Shown piece after piece: positions 42,487-51,930 of a DNA stretch of 64,000 bases (position 1 is its first letter; each line of letters begins with the position of its first letter). A program made the position numbers and the translations under genes. The notes beneath the pieces are model-generated. The model was not told the origin of the DNA. It saw only the letters and a list, made by a program, of their open reading frames with translations, and did no database searches. The DNA comes from Candidatus Heimdallarchaeum aukensis (GTDB lineage Archaea > Asgardarchaeota > Heimdallarchaeia > Heimdallarchaeales > Heimdallarchaeaceae), in contig CP084166.1 of assembly GCA_021513695.1 (NCBI GenBank), positions 928,001 to 992,000 on the forward strand, read 5' to 3'.

Positions 42487-42900
42487 TTATTTTTCTGTTA
42501 TCCACATTTTATTGAAAGCTTTTCTTGTTGTTAGAATACTTGCTCCTATCCACGTTCTGTGCATTCTATCTGTGGTTGCTGTAATTCTTACAACTGCATT
42601 TTTTGGTGCAACTTTTTTCAATTCATAATCTATTCTTTCTCTCATTCCAGGTATCATTGAACTTCCTCCACATAAGATAACATTAGGCCACAACAGTTAT
42701 TCTATTTCTTTACATTTTTGTATAGTTTAAACTATTTCTTCAACTAAGCCTTTTTTCTTTTCCTTTTCGCTTTCTTCAAACAATATTTCTGGTGCAAGAA
42801 ACTTTTCTTTGCTAATTGTATACACAAAGAAAGGAGAATTTTTGTGAAAAGGTTTTTGGAAAAGCAGTTTATCAATACAAGGAACCAAGTTTAGGAGTAG
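42487..42900 (-). pseudogene. Actin-family (eukaryote-like actin/Lokiactin-like) C-terminal remnant with two in-frame TAA stops. The 5' two-thirds of the gene are absent.
   Basis: The minus-strand frame reads ..VYTISKEKFLAPEILFEESEKEKKKGLVEEIV*TIQKCKEIE*LLWPNVILCGGSSMIPGMRERIDYELKKVAPKNAVVRITATTDRMHRTWIGASILTTRKAFNKMWITEK. This aligns with the actin C-terminus (..[72 protein letters not shown]). Confidence 0.7.
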
Positions 42901-42930
42901 TTAAATGAAAAAAAAAGAAAAAGGAACACA

Positions 42931-43152
42931 CTATTCTTGTTTAACTGTAGATATCTTGAAAACTGTATATAATCCACAGTAACCTGTAATCCCAGTAATC
43001 AACGAGATTAATCCCACGATCAACAATATAATTAACAAGACCAAGTTTATTGGGGAGCTAAGTACAAAGTAGAAAACTATTGCCAAAACAGTTAGAATTG
43101 TTCCTAAAGCTACTCTTATTATTCTATCAGTTTTTCCTTCATTTACTTGCAT
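42931..43152 (-). CDS. Small two-TM membrane protein (YgaP/DUF2892-like).
   Basis: 73 aa with RIIRVALGTIL..GLISLITGITGYCGLYTVF. Confidence 0.5.
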   Translation of the reverse strand: MQVNEGKTDRIIRVALGTILTVLAIVFYFVLSSPINLVLLIILLIVGLISLITGITGYCGLYTVFKISTVKQE

Positions 43153-43278
43153 AGTGATTTAAAGTTCTTCAAAAGAGTATAAATATGTTAGTTATTTACA
43201 AAATCCTCGAATTAGCAGTAAAACAAATATAGATGCAAAAATCTGCCTGTTTTTAAGATATCTTAAATGTTCTGAGAG

Positions 43279-44042
43279 GGTAGTGTCTAGTTTTCTTCCG
43301 ACAAAAATATTTGTGGGGACTCTAATAGTAAGATATGAACATTCAAAAACTATCTACTCTTTTTAAGAGATGCAGAGTCCCCAAAAAGATAATAATAAAA
43401 GTTTTTTATGAATATATTGGTTCAAAGAATGGTTTGAGGACAGTAGCATGGAAGAATGGTTTAACACACCAAACATTATGGTATTGGGTAAAGAAGTTCA
43501 GGCTCTTTAGGAAAAGTTTACATAGAATTGTAGCAGAGAGAGGGGGAATACCAGAGATTATAGTAGTTGATGAGACGGAGATTAAGACCTCTCAAGGCTC
43601 AATGTATATGTGGTTCGCGTTAGATCCTTACAACAAGACTTTACTGGGTTTTAGTATTACTAAAGGACGGAGTAATCTTGAATGTTTACTAACTTTCCGT
43701 TATTGGCTCAAATGTTGGGGTTTTAAGCCCCGTATTGTCGTTACAGATGCAGGGGTATGGTATCCTGCCTTACTTCGTCTAGGTATCAAAATCTCCGTTA
43801 TCAAAGGTGGTTTACGCTCCTATATTGAACGTTTTAATGCTACTCTTAAGAGTTATCGTTGGTTTCATTCTATTCTCCACTGCACTTGTCCTATCCGTGC
43901 CGTCTATGGCTCTACTCATCTTTCTGGTTTTCTTACTCTCTTTATGCTCCATTATAATTTCGTTCGTCCTCATCAGAGCTTGGGACATCCTCCCCTTAGT
44001 TCCTTTTTACCTAGGAGGTGGTATAAAAACTAGACACTACCA
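43279..44042 (+). mobile_element. IS6-family-like insertion sequence (764 bp) with 16-bp perfect terminal inverted repeats GGTAGTGTCTAGTTTT. It carries a single DDE transposase.
   Basis: IRL GGTAGTGTCTAGTTTT lies at 43279-43294. IRR AAAACTAGACACTACC at 44027-44042 is its exact reverse complement. The size, single ORF and GG-start IRs fit IS6. No clear target-site duplication is visible. Confidence 0.75.
43335..44033 (+). CDS. DDE transposase (IS6-like), 232 aa.
   Basis: An N-terminal HTH (LTHQTLWYWVKKF). The catalytic D..D..E context is VVDETEI, VVTDAG and ERFNATLK. A C-terminal YNFVRPHQSLG motif. Its stop codon lies inside the IRR. Confidence 0.75.
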   Translation: MNIQKLSTLFKRCRVPKKIIIKVFYEYIGSKNGLRTVAWKNGLTHQTLWYWVKKFRLFRKSLHRIVAERGGIPEIIVVDETEIKTSQGSMYMWFALDPYNKTLLGFSITKGRSNLECLLTFRYWLKCWGFKPRIVVTDAGVWYPALLRLGIKISVIKGGLRSYIERFNATLKSYRWFHSILHCTCPIRAVYGSTHLSGFLTLFMLHYNFVRPHQSLGHPPLSSFLPRRWYKN

Positions 44043-44372
44043 AGAAAGCAGGTCCAAAAATTAATTTTTATTAATGTGGGGGTTTATGTCGGAATTATGA
44101 ACTATTTTCAGATTATAGACCCCCACAAAGTAAGAAAATTCATATCATTAATGAACCTTTCCTTAAGAAACTGGTGAAAAATGGACCGAGAGAAAGTAAG
44201 AGAGGGAGAAAGAGAATAGCAGAAAGGTGGGTAATACTGGCTTTAGCAATCATTGCTAGAATAGAAGTACAACTACTTTTTACTTTTTCGGACCGTTTAT
44301 TAGGTGAAAAAGAATTTTTGGACATGCTTAATAAGAAAAAAGAAAAATTAATTATTTAATATGTTTATTTTG

Positions 44373-46013
44373 TTATTCTTTTTTAGTCCATACATCAATT
44401 ACATCTTTAGATTTCTTGAGAGTTAAAGCGTAAAAGATAACTGCCAAAAAACCAAAAGAACCTGCAACTATCCAGAAAACATAAGGTTTTTGCATCTGTA
44501 TGTCTGTTCTTACATTCAATTTTATTTCTGTTACATCATGTATCCAGGATTTCCCATCTGAAACAGCTACTTTAATGTAATATGAACCAGGTTCTACACC
44601 ATCTAGATCCCACAAGAATGAAGAGTTGTTAACATTTGTTGCTAAAAGATCCCAATATATTCCATCTTGAGAAACAAAAATAGAAGCATTAAGTTTGTCA
44701 TTATCTTCATCTGATGCAATCCATTGAATAGTATAGTTATCAAATACTTGATTAGGGTCTGAAGGGTTTTTTACCTCAATATTAGGCAAATTATTAGTGT
44801 AAGTCAGTTGAGGATTTTCTGCAAGAAAAAGTAACGATGGAAAAATCAATTCACAATTACTAATCACTTCATCAGCATCTGGGTTAAAATAATCAGTCCA
44901 ATAAGAGTAACTGTTTGTTCCAAAAGTTTCAATTGTGAAGCTCTTAATGTTGTGATATAAATAAGAATAGTCTCCCCATTCTCCAGAAGTTATATAGCCA
45001 TAAATTGTATCATTCCATAGGGGAAAATTAAGGATCTCTTGTAATTCAAGTAATAGAGCGTTGAACTCTTTTTCATCTTTTTCTGGTAATGAACCATTAA
45101 TTCCCCAAGGTGCTATTATTGCTTCAACACCACTGTGTAAACTTACAGCAAAATTAAAAGAATGATTATACATGAAATTACGTAATGCTCTTGTTTCTGG
45201 TTCACTGAAGGGATAAGCGCCATGATATGTGTCATCTCTCCTAAATGGAGAAGCACCTTGGTCGCCCCAAAAAGCTCCATAATTCCTATTTAGGTCTACT
45301 CCTCCTGGTCTGTCTTCTCCAATGTACCCGCTTCCGTCAATGTCTTTTTCTTCGATGTCAGAGCTGTTTGTTTCAGTGTTCCAGAAATATACTCTCTCCT
45401 TTTCATCGTCTAAACTTCCATCAAGATCGTCATCAATTGGAGCCAAGTTTTTGCGTTGTTCTGGATACCAGTGTAAAATAGAGATACCATCAGGATTAAG
45501 CATGGGAATTACATAAATTTCTGTACTTTGAAGTAAGTAGTCAAAAATTGAATCATAAATTGTGTTAAATATAATCCAATCAATAAAGTATAGTGCATTT
45601 TCAACAGTAATTACTTCTCTAGCATGATGAGCTGCAACAATGTAATACTCAGTTTTAGCAGAAGTAACAGTTTCATCGGTTAAACGAACAGCCCAGATAG
45701 TTCTGTTTTCCCAAGTCTTCCCAATGGAAAAAACTTCCACTAATTCAGGAAAAGAATTATTCAGAATAATGAGTTTATTTGTAACTTCAGTGTAATTATG
45801 ATATGGTCCAAGTGATTCTCCCCAATAAACAAAATCTTCTCCTGGTATGTCAGAGGGAGCATTAGAAAACTCGTCCCAAATCCAAGAATATTCTGGTTCT
45901 TCTGCTAAATAAACATACTCTGGAGTATTCTTAGCAGAAATTGAAGATATTAAATGTGAGTTTAAGAATAAAACAATTACAATTAAGGAAATAACTTGAT
46001 ACTTTTTCATCAT
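44373..46013 (-). CDS. Secreted M14-family zinc carboxypeptidase-like protein with a C-terminal TM anchor.
   Basis: Signal peptide/TM at the N-terminus. HHAREVIT (an HxxE zinc-binding motif as in M14 HAREW). A C-terminal hydrophobic helix followed by KKSKD. Confidence 0.65.
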   Translation of the reverse strand: MMKKYQVISLIVIVLFLNSHLISSISAKNTPEYVYLAEEPEYSWIWDEFSNAPSDIPGEDFVYWGESLGPYHNYTEVTNKLIILNNSFPELVEVFSIGKTWENRTIWAVRLTDETVTSAKTEYYIVAAHHAREVITVENALYFIDWIIFNTIYDSIFDYLLQSTEIYVIPMLNPDGISILHWYPEQRKNLAPIDDDLDGSLDDEKERVYFWNTETNSSDIEEKDIDGSGYIGEDRPGGVDLNRNYGAFWGDQGASPFRRDDTYHGAYPFSEPETRALRNFMYNHSFNFAVSLHSGVEAIIAPWGINGSLPEKDEKEFNALLLELQEILNFPLWNDTIYGYITSGEWGDYSYLYHNIKSFTIETFGTNSYSYWTDYFNPDADEVISNCELIFPSLLFLAENPQLTYTNNLPNIEVKNPSDPNQVFDNYTIQWIASDEDNDKLNASIFVSQDGIYWDLLATNVNNSSFLWDLDGVEPGSYYIKVAVSDGKSWIHDVTEIKLNVRTDIQMQKPYVFWIVAGSFGFLAVIFYALTLKKSKDVIDVWTKKE

Positions 46014-46165
46014 TTGTTTTTTATTTCCAACGCTTAAAAATTATTTGAAAGATTTGAAAAAGACCAATTTTTTTGTTCTCTTTTCGATATTTTTCATTTT
46101 AGACGAAGAGAAAGTTTAAATAAGGGTTGTGCATAATTGTGTCATAATCAAGAATAATTCATAAG

Positions 46166-46414
46166 ATGAAGAAAATGAGTAAGGAAAAAATCTCAATATC
46201 AATAGATGCAAGAGGGAGTCATTGCCCTGGACCAATGATGGAATTAATTAAAGCCATAAGACAGGCAGAAGTTGGAGAAATTGTTGAGCTTTTGAGTTCA
46301 GAGGAAGGATCTTTAAGTGATATTCCTGCATGGATTGAAAAAGCGAAACATGAACTTGTTGATATGATAAAAGAAGACGGTTATAATCGTTTTCTAGTCA
46401 GAAAAACGAGGTAA
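46166..46414 (+). CDS. tusA: TusA-like sulfurtransferase (CPxP motif).
   Basis: RGSHCPGPMMEL. 82 aa. The real start is probably the ATG at 46178. Confidence 0.8.
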   Translation: MKKMSKEKISISIDARGSHCPGPMMELIKAIRQAEVGEIVELLSSEEGSLSDIPAWIEKAKHELVDMIKEDGYNRFLVRKTR

Positions 46415-46420
46415 AGATTA

Positions 46421-47563
46421 ATGAATAAAATTATAGTCATTGGTGGAGGATTTTCAGGTCTTACTATAGCTAACAAACTTGCAAAAAAAGCTAGAAAATA
46501 CAAGTTAGACATAACTCTGATCGAACCAAAAGACCATAATTTTTACGAGCCAGATCTGATTTTTTATGCATTTAACAATAAGAAACTGTCCAAGTTATAT
46601 AAACCGATGCATAAACTCGTGAGGAAAAGAGTTAATCACATTGGGATGCGGGCTAAAAAGGTCGAGACAGAGAAAAAGAAAGTAATATTAGAAGATGGGA
46701 CAGAGTTAGATTACGATTATCTAGTTCTTGCTACTGGAGTTAAATATATAGAAAAAGATTTCAAATATAGTGAACAAAAACACATTCATCACTTCTATAG
46801 CCCACCAGCAACAGAAAAGTTTAGACAAATGATAAAACGTTTTAAAGGAGGAACAATTGTTATCTCACCATCAACTGTGCCCTATAAATGTCCTCCAGCT
46901 CCTGTAGAATTCACTTTTATGTTAGATTCTTATTTAAAGAAAAGAAAGTTAAGAGACAAAGCAACGATAAAGTTTCTCTATCCTCTTTCTGTGCCTTTTA
47001 CAGTTAAAGAAGCTGCTGTTGTGGTAGCTGAGATGTATAAAAAAAGAGGAATAGAATTTGTTCCTTACTGTAATTACGAAAAAGTGGATATTGAGAACAA
47101 AAAATTCATCTCTTTTGAAGGAGAAGAGATAGAATACGATGAACTTGTACTGCTACCCATACATGAAGGTCAAGATATAATCAAAGAATCAGGTCTGGGA
47201 GATAAAGAAGGATATGTTCCTACAGACAAATTCACACTGCAAGTGAAAGGGCATCCAAATATATATGCTATCGGTGACTGTACAGATCTACCTACTTCTA
47301 AGGCTGGAGCAGTTTCTCATTATTCTGCACCTACTATCGTAAAAAATATTATTAACCAGATTAAAGGAAAAGAAGCTTCAGCAAAGTATAACGGAAAGAC
47401 AATTTGCTTCTTAGTAACTAGTTATCAAAAAGCAATGATGTTGGACTTTTCATATAACCATCCTTCAAGAAAGTATGGATTAATTCCAATGAGAATCTAT
47501 ATGCTCTTTAAAAGGCTATTTAGGTTCTTGTATTTTCATATATTAATTAAAGGAATAATATAG
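46421..47563 (+). CDS. FAD-dependent pyridine nucleotide-disulfide oxidoreductase, sulfide:quinone oxidoreductase (SQR)-like.
   Basis: N-terminal Rossmann fold IIVIGGGFSGLTIANKL. Other motifs are YKCPPAPVE and AIGDCTDLPTSKAG. It lies among tusA/dsrE genes. Confidence 0.65.
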   Translation: MNKIIVIGGGFSGLTIANKLAKKARKYKLDITLIEPKDHNFYEPDLIFYAFNNKKLSKLYKPMHKLVRKRVNHIGMRAKKVETEKKKVILEDGTELDYDYLVLATGVKYIEKDFKYSEQKHIHHFYSPPATEKFRQMIKRFKGGTIVISPSTVPYKCPPAPVEFTFMLDSYLKKRKLRDKATIKFLYPLSVPFTVKEAAVVVAEMYKKRGIEFVPYCNYEKVDIENKKFISFEGEEIEYDELVLLPIHEGQDIIKESGLGDKEGYVPTDKFTLQVKGHPNIYAIGDCTDLPTSKAGAVSHYSAPTIVKNIINQIKGKEASAKYNGKTICFLVTSYQKAMMLDFSYNHPSRKYGLIPMRIYMLFKRLFRFLYFHILIKGII

Positions 47564-47812
47564 GTGAAAAAAATGAGTGAAAATAAAATCACAAAAATAT
47601 TAGATGTAAAAGGGCTTAACTGTCCTTTACCAATTTTAAAAACAAAAAAAGCTATAAACGAAATTGAAGTTGGAGAAATAATAGAAGTTCTTGCCACTGA
47701 TCCAGGTTCAGTAAATGACTTTCAGGCATGGATTGAATCAACTGGACACGAACTAGTGGAATCTGCAGAAGAAAATGGCATTTTCCGCTATTTAATTAAA
47801 AAAACAAAATAA
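47564..47812 (+). CDS. tusA: TusA-like protein (second copy).
   Basis: GLNCPLP CPxP motif. Confidence 0.8.
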   Translation: MKKMSENKITKILDVKGLNCPLPILKTKKAINEIEVGEIIEVLATDPGSVNDFQAWIESTGHELVESAEENGIFRYLIKKTK

Positions 47813-47814
47813 AG

Positions 47815-48297
47815 GTGAAAAAAATGAGTGAAAAAAAGAAAAAAATAGCTATAATTGCTTCTAAAGCCAATTTAGCAGATGCTTACCCTCCTTTTATCTT
47901 AGCGTCTACAGCAGCTGCAATGGATTATGAAGTATCAATATTCTTTACTTTCTTCGGTCTTAATTTGCTTAAGAAAAAAGGATTGAAGAAAGTTAAGATT
48001 ACTCCTGTAGGAGAAACTGCAATGCCCATGCCTATTCCACAAATAGTTGGAATGCTTCCTGGAATGACTGACATGGCAACAGCAATGATGAAAAATTGGA
48101 TGAAAAAGGCCAATGTGGTCTCTTTAGAAGAGTTAAGAGAATTATCTCTAGAAGCTGGAGTAAAAATGATTGCTTGTCAAATGACAATGGACGTAATGAA
48201 AGTTAAAAGAGAAGAATTAATTGATGAAATAGAGGTTGGAGGAGCTGCCACTTTCCTACAATTTGCATCAGAAGCCGACATTACTTTATACATTTAA
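47815..48297 (+). CDS. DsrE/DsrF-like family protein.
   Basis: 160 aa of DsrE-like fold with a conserved Cys in MIACQMTM. Confidence 0.65.
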   Translation: MKKMSEKKKKIAIIASKANLADAYPPFILASTAAAMDYEVSIFFTFFGLNLLKKKGLKKVKITPVGETAMPMPIPQIVGMLPGMTDMATAMMKNWMKKANVVSLEELRELSLEAGVKMIACQMTMDVMKVKREELIDEIEVGGAATFLQFASEADITLYI

Positions 48298-48308
48298 CCT
48301 AGTTTGAA

Positions 48309-48695
48309 GTGATAAGGATGTCTGAACAAAAAAAGAAGATGATTATCGTTGTTACTAGAGGAGAAGAAAGTAAAGAAACCTTAGAACCTCCTCTTCATAT
48401 TGCAACTATGGCTGCTCTGTTAGATGCAGAAGTAAAGATGATATATACTGCTAAAGCCGGACTACTATTAAAGAAAGGTGTACCAGAAAAACTAATTCCT
48501 CAAGAAGGAAGACAACCATTGATAGAAACAATTCGAGAAGCAAAAGAAGCAGGTGTTCAAATATACGTATGCACCCCAGTGCTAGAATGGAATAAACTTA
48601 ATAAAGATGATTTCATAGAAGAAATAGATGGAATTGTCGGAGCAATGACTTTAGTTAAAGAGTCACTTGAAGCTAACTCGACAATATCATTCTAA
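48309..48695 (+). CDS. DsrE/DsrF-like family protein (second copy).
   Basis: 128 aa with a conserved Cys in YVCTPV. Confidence 0.6.
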   Translation: MIRMSEQKKKMIIVVTRGEESKETLEPPLHIATMAALLDAEVKMIYTAKAGLLLKKGVPEKLIPQEGRQPLIETIREAKEAGVQIYVCTPVLEWNKLNKDDFIEEIDGIVGAMTLVKESLEANSTISF

Positions 48696-49120
48696 TGAAG
48701 TGGAAAATAATGTCTCTCTCACTTAACTCGCTGTTATCCAAAGATATTACCTGCTTTGATGTAATAAAGAATCTTTTTGCCTTAACTGATAATGAAATTG
48801 ATGTTTTAGCTTGTATTAACCACCTTCAACCAGTAAGCATAGCTAGAATTACAGAAATAATACCCAAAGATAGAGCCACTATATCAAGATCTATCTCTAG
48901 ATTAATGAGCATCGGAGTTGTACGGAAAGAAAAAGAAAATTTGGAGAAAGGAGGATACCAATTTCTGTATAGTAGCTTACCTATGAACGAATTAAGAAAA
49001 TTTGTAAAAAGTACCTTGAATGCAATAATTGAAAATATGAGTATCGCAATGGATAACTTAACAAAAGAAAAATGTGAAGAAAAATTCCAAGAAGTAAAAA
49101 GGAAATACAGCAAAAAATAG
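48695..49120 (+). CDS. wHTH transcriptional regulator (TrmB/MarR-like).
   Basis: LACINHLQPVSIARITEIIPKDRATISRSISRLMSIGVV. Confidence 0.6.
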   Translation: MKWKIMSLSLNSLLSKDITCFDVIKNLFALTDNEIDVLACINHLQPVSIARITEIIPKDRATISRSISRLMSIGVVRKEKENLEKGGYQFLYSSLPMNELRKFVKSTLNAIIENMSIAMDNLTKEKCEEKFQEVKRKYSKK

Positions 49121-49236
49121 ATTTCCTTTAACAATTTTCCTTTACATTTTTGTTGGTTAACGTTTTATAAAATAGTTATCCTTTTCATTTTATAGATAAA
49201 AGAATTCAAAAAAACTCTTATATTAAATCTTTTTTT

Positions 49237-49521
49237 TTGAGTAAACAAGAAAATAGTGTGATAATAATGACAGAAGTAGATCTAAATAAAATCAAAGCGC
49301 ATCATATTGTAGATGCTAGAGGTTCAGCATGTCCTGGACCATTATTAGAAGCAAAGAAAGGAATCTCAAAGGTTCCCAAAGGAGGAGTCCTTGAAGTTCA
49401 ATCTAGCGACCCTGGTACAAAAAATGATCTTCCTGCATGGTGTAGACGAGCAGGACATAAATTTTTGGGCGTTTTAGAAGCAGATGGATATGATAGAGTT
49501 TTCATTCAAAGACTAAAATAG
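49237..49521 (+). CDS. tusA: TusA-like protein (third copy).
   Basis: RGSACPGPLLEA CPxP motif. Confidence 0.8.
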   Translation: MSKQENSVIIMTEVDLNKIKAHHIVDARGSACPGPLLEAKKGISKVPKGGVLEVQSSDPGTKNDLPAWCRRAGHKFLGVLEADGYDRVFIQRLK

Positions 49522-49563
49522 AATATTCCTTTTTTTATTAAATTTTAAAAAAAATAAAAAGAA

Positions 49564-50001
49564 TTATATTAAGATATTTGCTTTTGCTTTTGTTGCTGCT
49601 TCAATATATGAAGCTATACCAGAAATTTCATCTACAAGATCAGAGAAATCATCTTCTGGGATATCAAAAAGTGGGATCATGTTAGAACAAGCAATTATTT
49701 TAACATTTCCTGACTCTTTTGCTTTCTTAAGAGCTGCTCTCCAATTACCTAGTCCTTTTTCTTTCATATTTTTGCGCATCAGTTCCTCATAAGGTTGTCC
49801 CTCTATACTTACTGGAAAATGATCTGGTGCGCCTTTTCTAAAAGCATGAGTTCCCCAAAAAGCTAGAAAAATATGTACATCATAATCCATTGCAATAGCT
49901 CCATTTGTTATTGTTGCAAGAGCTATGAGTTTTTCTTCTGTTCCAGAGGTTACCATTATACTAAATAATTCTCTTTCTTCTGACATAATAAACCACATCA
50001 C
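49564..50001 (-). CDS. DsrE/DsrF-like family protein (third copy).
   Basis: 145 aa with a conserved Cys in IIACSNM. Confidence 0.6.
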   Translation of the reverse strand: MMWFIMSEERELFSIMVTSGTEEKLIALATITNGAIAMDYDVHIFLAFWGTHAFRKGAPDHFPVSIEGQPYEELMRKNMKEKGLGNWRAALKKAKESGNVKIIACSNMIPLFDIPEDDFSDLVDEISGIASYIEAATKAKANILI

Positions 50002-50210
50002 ACTGGTTGCGTGTCCAGATTCACAACTGGCATTTTAAAGATTTTGTAGTTTTTATAACAATAAAAATATTTTTTAATAGATTACGAATTGTTTTTTATA
50101 ATAAGCTCTTTTTATAATTGGCTTTTATCTTAACATATATGCTTTTTTAGTTTATTATCGCTCTATAATTTAAAAAAAATTATTATATCTTTTAAAAATT
50201 TTATTCCAAC

Positions 50211-50630
50211 ATGCAACAAAATGCAAAAAGACAAAAAATTAAAACCAAGAAGATTCTGATTATAACAACAAACGATATTTCTTATCTTGGTGCAGACACA
50301 GCAGGACAGCAACATCTAAAGTATTCAGAAGATGCTCTGATAATACGTGTTCCTGATCCTGTAATTTTTCCACCTGATTTTTATGTGAGAACATTAGAGA
50401 AAGGATTTGGGGGGATAATTGTAGCTTCTGCTGGTGATGAATCTCCTTTCTTGAATTCTCATGCCAGATTAGCGAAGAATATTGATGCTGCTTATAAAAT
50501 AATGAATGAAAAAGGAATTGACACAAAAAGGCTTGTTCTTACAGCCATTTGTAGCATTTGTGCAGGAAGTTTTATCAAAGCTGTTAACAACATGACTAAA
50601 TATTTAGACAGTGTTCATGAGCAAGAGTAA
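50211..50630 (+). CDS. MvhD/FlpD-like iron-sulfur protein (methyl-viologen-reducing hydrogenase delta-subunit domain).
   Basis: 139 aa. ILIITTNDISYLGADTAG .. TAICSICAGSF, typical of MvhD. Confidence 0.7.
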   Translation: MQQNAKRQKIKTKKILIITTNDISYLGADTAGQQHLKYSEDALIIRVPDPVIFPPDFYVRTLEKGFGGIIVASAGDESPFLNSHARLAKNIDAAYKIMNEKGIDTKRLVLTAICSICAGSFIKAVNNMTKYLDSVHEQE

Positions 50631-50643
50631 AGAGGAGAGATAA

Positions 50644-51927
50644 ATGAAAAATTATGATGCTTTAGTGATTGGAGCAGGGATCTCTGGTATTCAGACTGCG
50701 TTAGATCTAGCAGAACAGGGATTTAAAGTATTAATGATTGATAAAAAGAAAAGTACGGGAGGAGTAATGATTCAATTAAGTAAAGTTTTTCCGACTTTAG
50801 ATTGTGCATCTTGTATTACTACTCCCAAGATGAGTGAAGCGAGTAATCACCCAAATATAGAAACATGGACATTAAGTGAAGTTACAAGCATTAGTGAAAA
50901 TAACGGTTCTTATGTAGTAAATATACTCAAACACCCGCGATATGTAGATCTTGTAAAATGTACTGGTTGTGGAATATGTGAAGAAGTTTGTCCTGTAATA
51001 GTTGAAGATGAATATAATGAATACTATGGAATAAGGAAAGCTGTGGGTGTACCCTTTGGCACTGCAATTCCTCAAAAGGCAGTGTTAGAACCAGAATATT
51101 GCATTTTTTGTGGGGCTTGTGCGAAAAAATGTCCTACACAAGCAATTGAGTATGATCAAGAGCCAGAAAACATAGAAGTTAAAGTAAAAGCTGTAATTGT
51201 TGCTACAGGTTTTGAACAAACGCCAATAAAAGAAGAATATGGGGGAGGACGGTATAAGAATGTAATCAATGCCCTTACTATGGAAAGGCTTTTAGCTCCA
51301 ACAAGTCCTTTTGGTGGAGTTTTTCGCCCAGGAGATGGCAAGAATCCCTATTCTATTGCTTATATTCAATGCGCTGGTTCAAGAGATGCGAGTATTGGTG
51401 TTCCTTATTGTTCTAGAGTCTGTTGTATGTTCGCAGTGAAACAAGCCATGTTACTCTGCGGAGCAGCACCTTTAGCTGATATTACAATCTACTATATGGA
51501 TATCCGAGCTTTTGGTAAAAGGTATGAAGAGTTCTTCCAAGAAGCAAGAGAAATGGGTATAAATTTTGTTAAAGGTAAAGTCGCAAAAATAGAAGAACTG
51601 GAAAATGGTAATCTTAAGCTTAGAGTAGAGGTTCAAGAAGAGGAAGATTATGGAGTTAAGGAAATAGAACATGAACTTGTTGTTTTATCATCTGGAATGC
51701 TTCCCGCTTGGAAACCTGAAAAAGTGAGAGAAATATTACCGCTTGAAATCCACAAGTATGGTTTTATTAAAAGTCTACAACCACATGTAAATCCGTCTCA
51801 AACTAATTTAGATGGAATATTTGTTTCAGGAACAGCTATGGCCCCAATGGATATTGTAGATTCAATTTATAGCGGTAGTACAGCAGCAATGAAAGCTGCT
51901 TTGTACATTAAGAAAATTAAGGAGTAG
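50644..51927 (+). CDS. HdrA-like flavoprotein (QmoA-like): an FAD/TrxR fold with an inserted 2x[4Fe-4S] ferredoxin.
   Basis: VIGAGISGIQTALDLAEQG. CTGCGICEEVCP and CIFCGACAKKCP. The HdrA signature CAGSRD..YCSRVCC. Confidence 0.8.
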   Translation: MKNYDALVIGAGISGIQTALDLAEQGFKVLMIDKKKSTGGVMIQLSKVFPTLDCASCITTPKMSEASNHPNIETWTLSEVTSISENNGSYVVNILKHPRYVDLVKCTGCGICEEVCPVIVEDEYNEYYGIRKAVGVPFGTAIPQKAVLEPEYCIFCGACAKKCPTQAIEYDQEPENIEVKVKAVIVATGFEQTPIKEEYGGGRYKNVINALTMERLLAPTSPFGGVFRPGDGKNPYSIAYIQCAGSRDASIGVPYCSRVCCMFAVKQAMLLCGAAPLADITIYYMDIRAFGKRYEEFFQEAREMGINFVKGKVAKIEELENGNLKLRVEVQEEEDYGVKEIEHELVVLSSGMLPAWKPEKVREILPLEIHKYGFIKSLQPHVNPSQTNLDGIFVSGTAMAPMDIVDSIYSGSTAAMKAALYIKKIKE

Positions 51928-51930
51928 ATC

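Noticed and set aside
336-42900. Stop-codon reassignment (TAG/TAA read as sense, e.g. pyrrolysine) as an explanation for the in-frame stops
   Set aside because: All long, well-conserved ORFs (CobN, Cas3, Cas8b, HdrA) terminate normally at TAA/TAG and contain none internally. The affected genes are also truncated, so decay is the simpler explanation.
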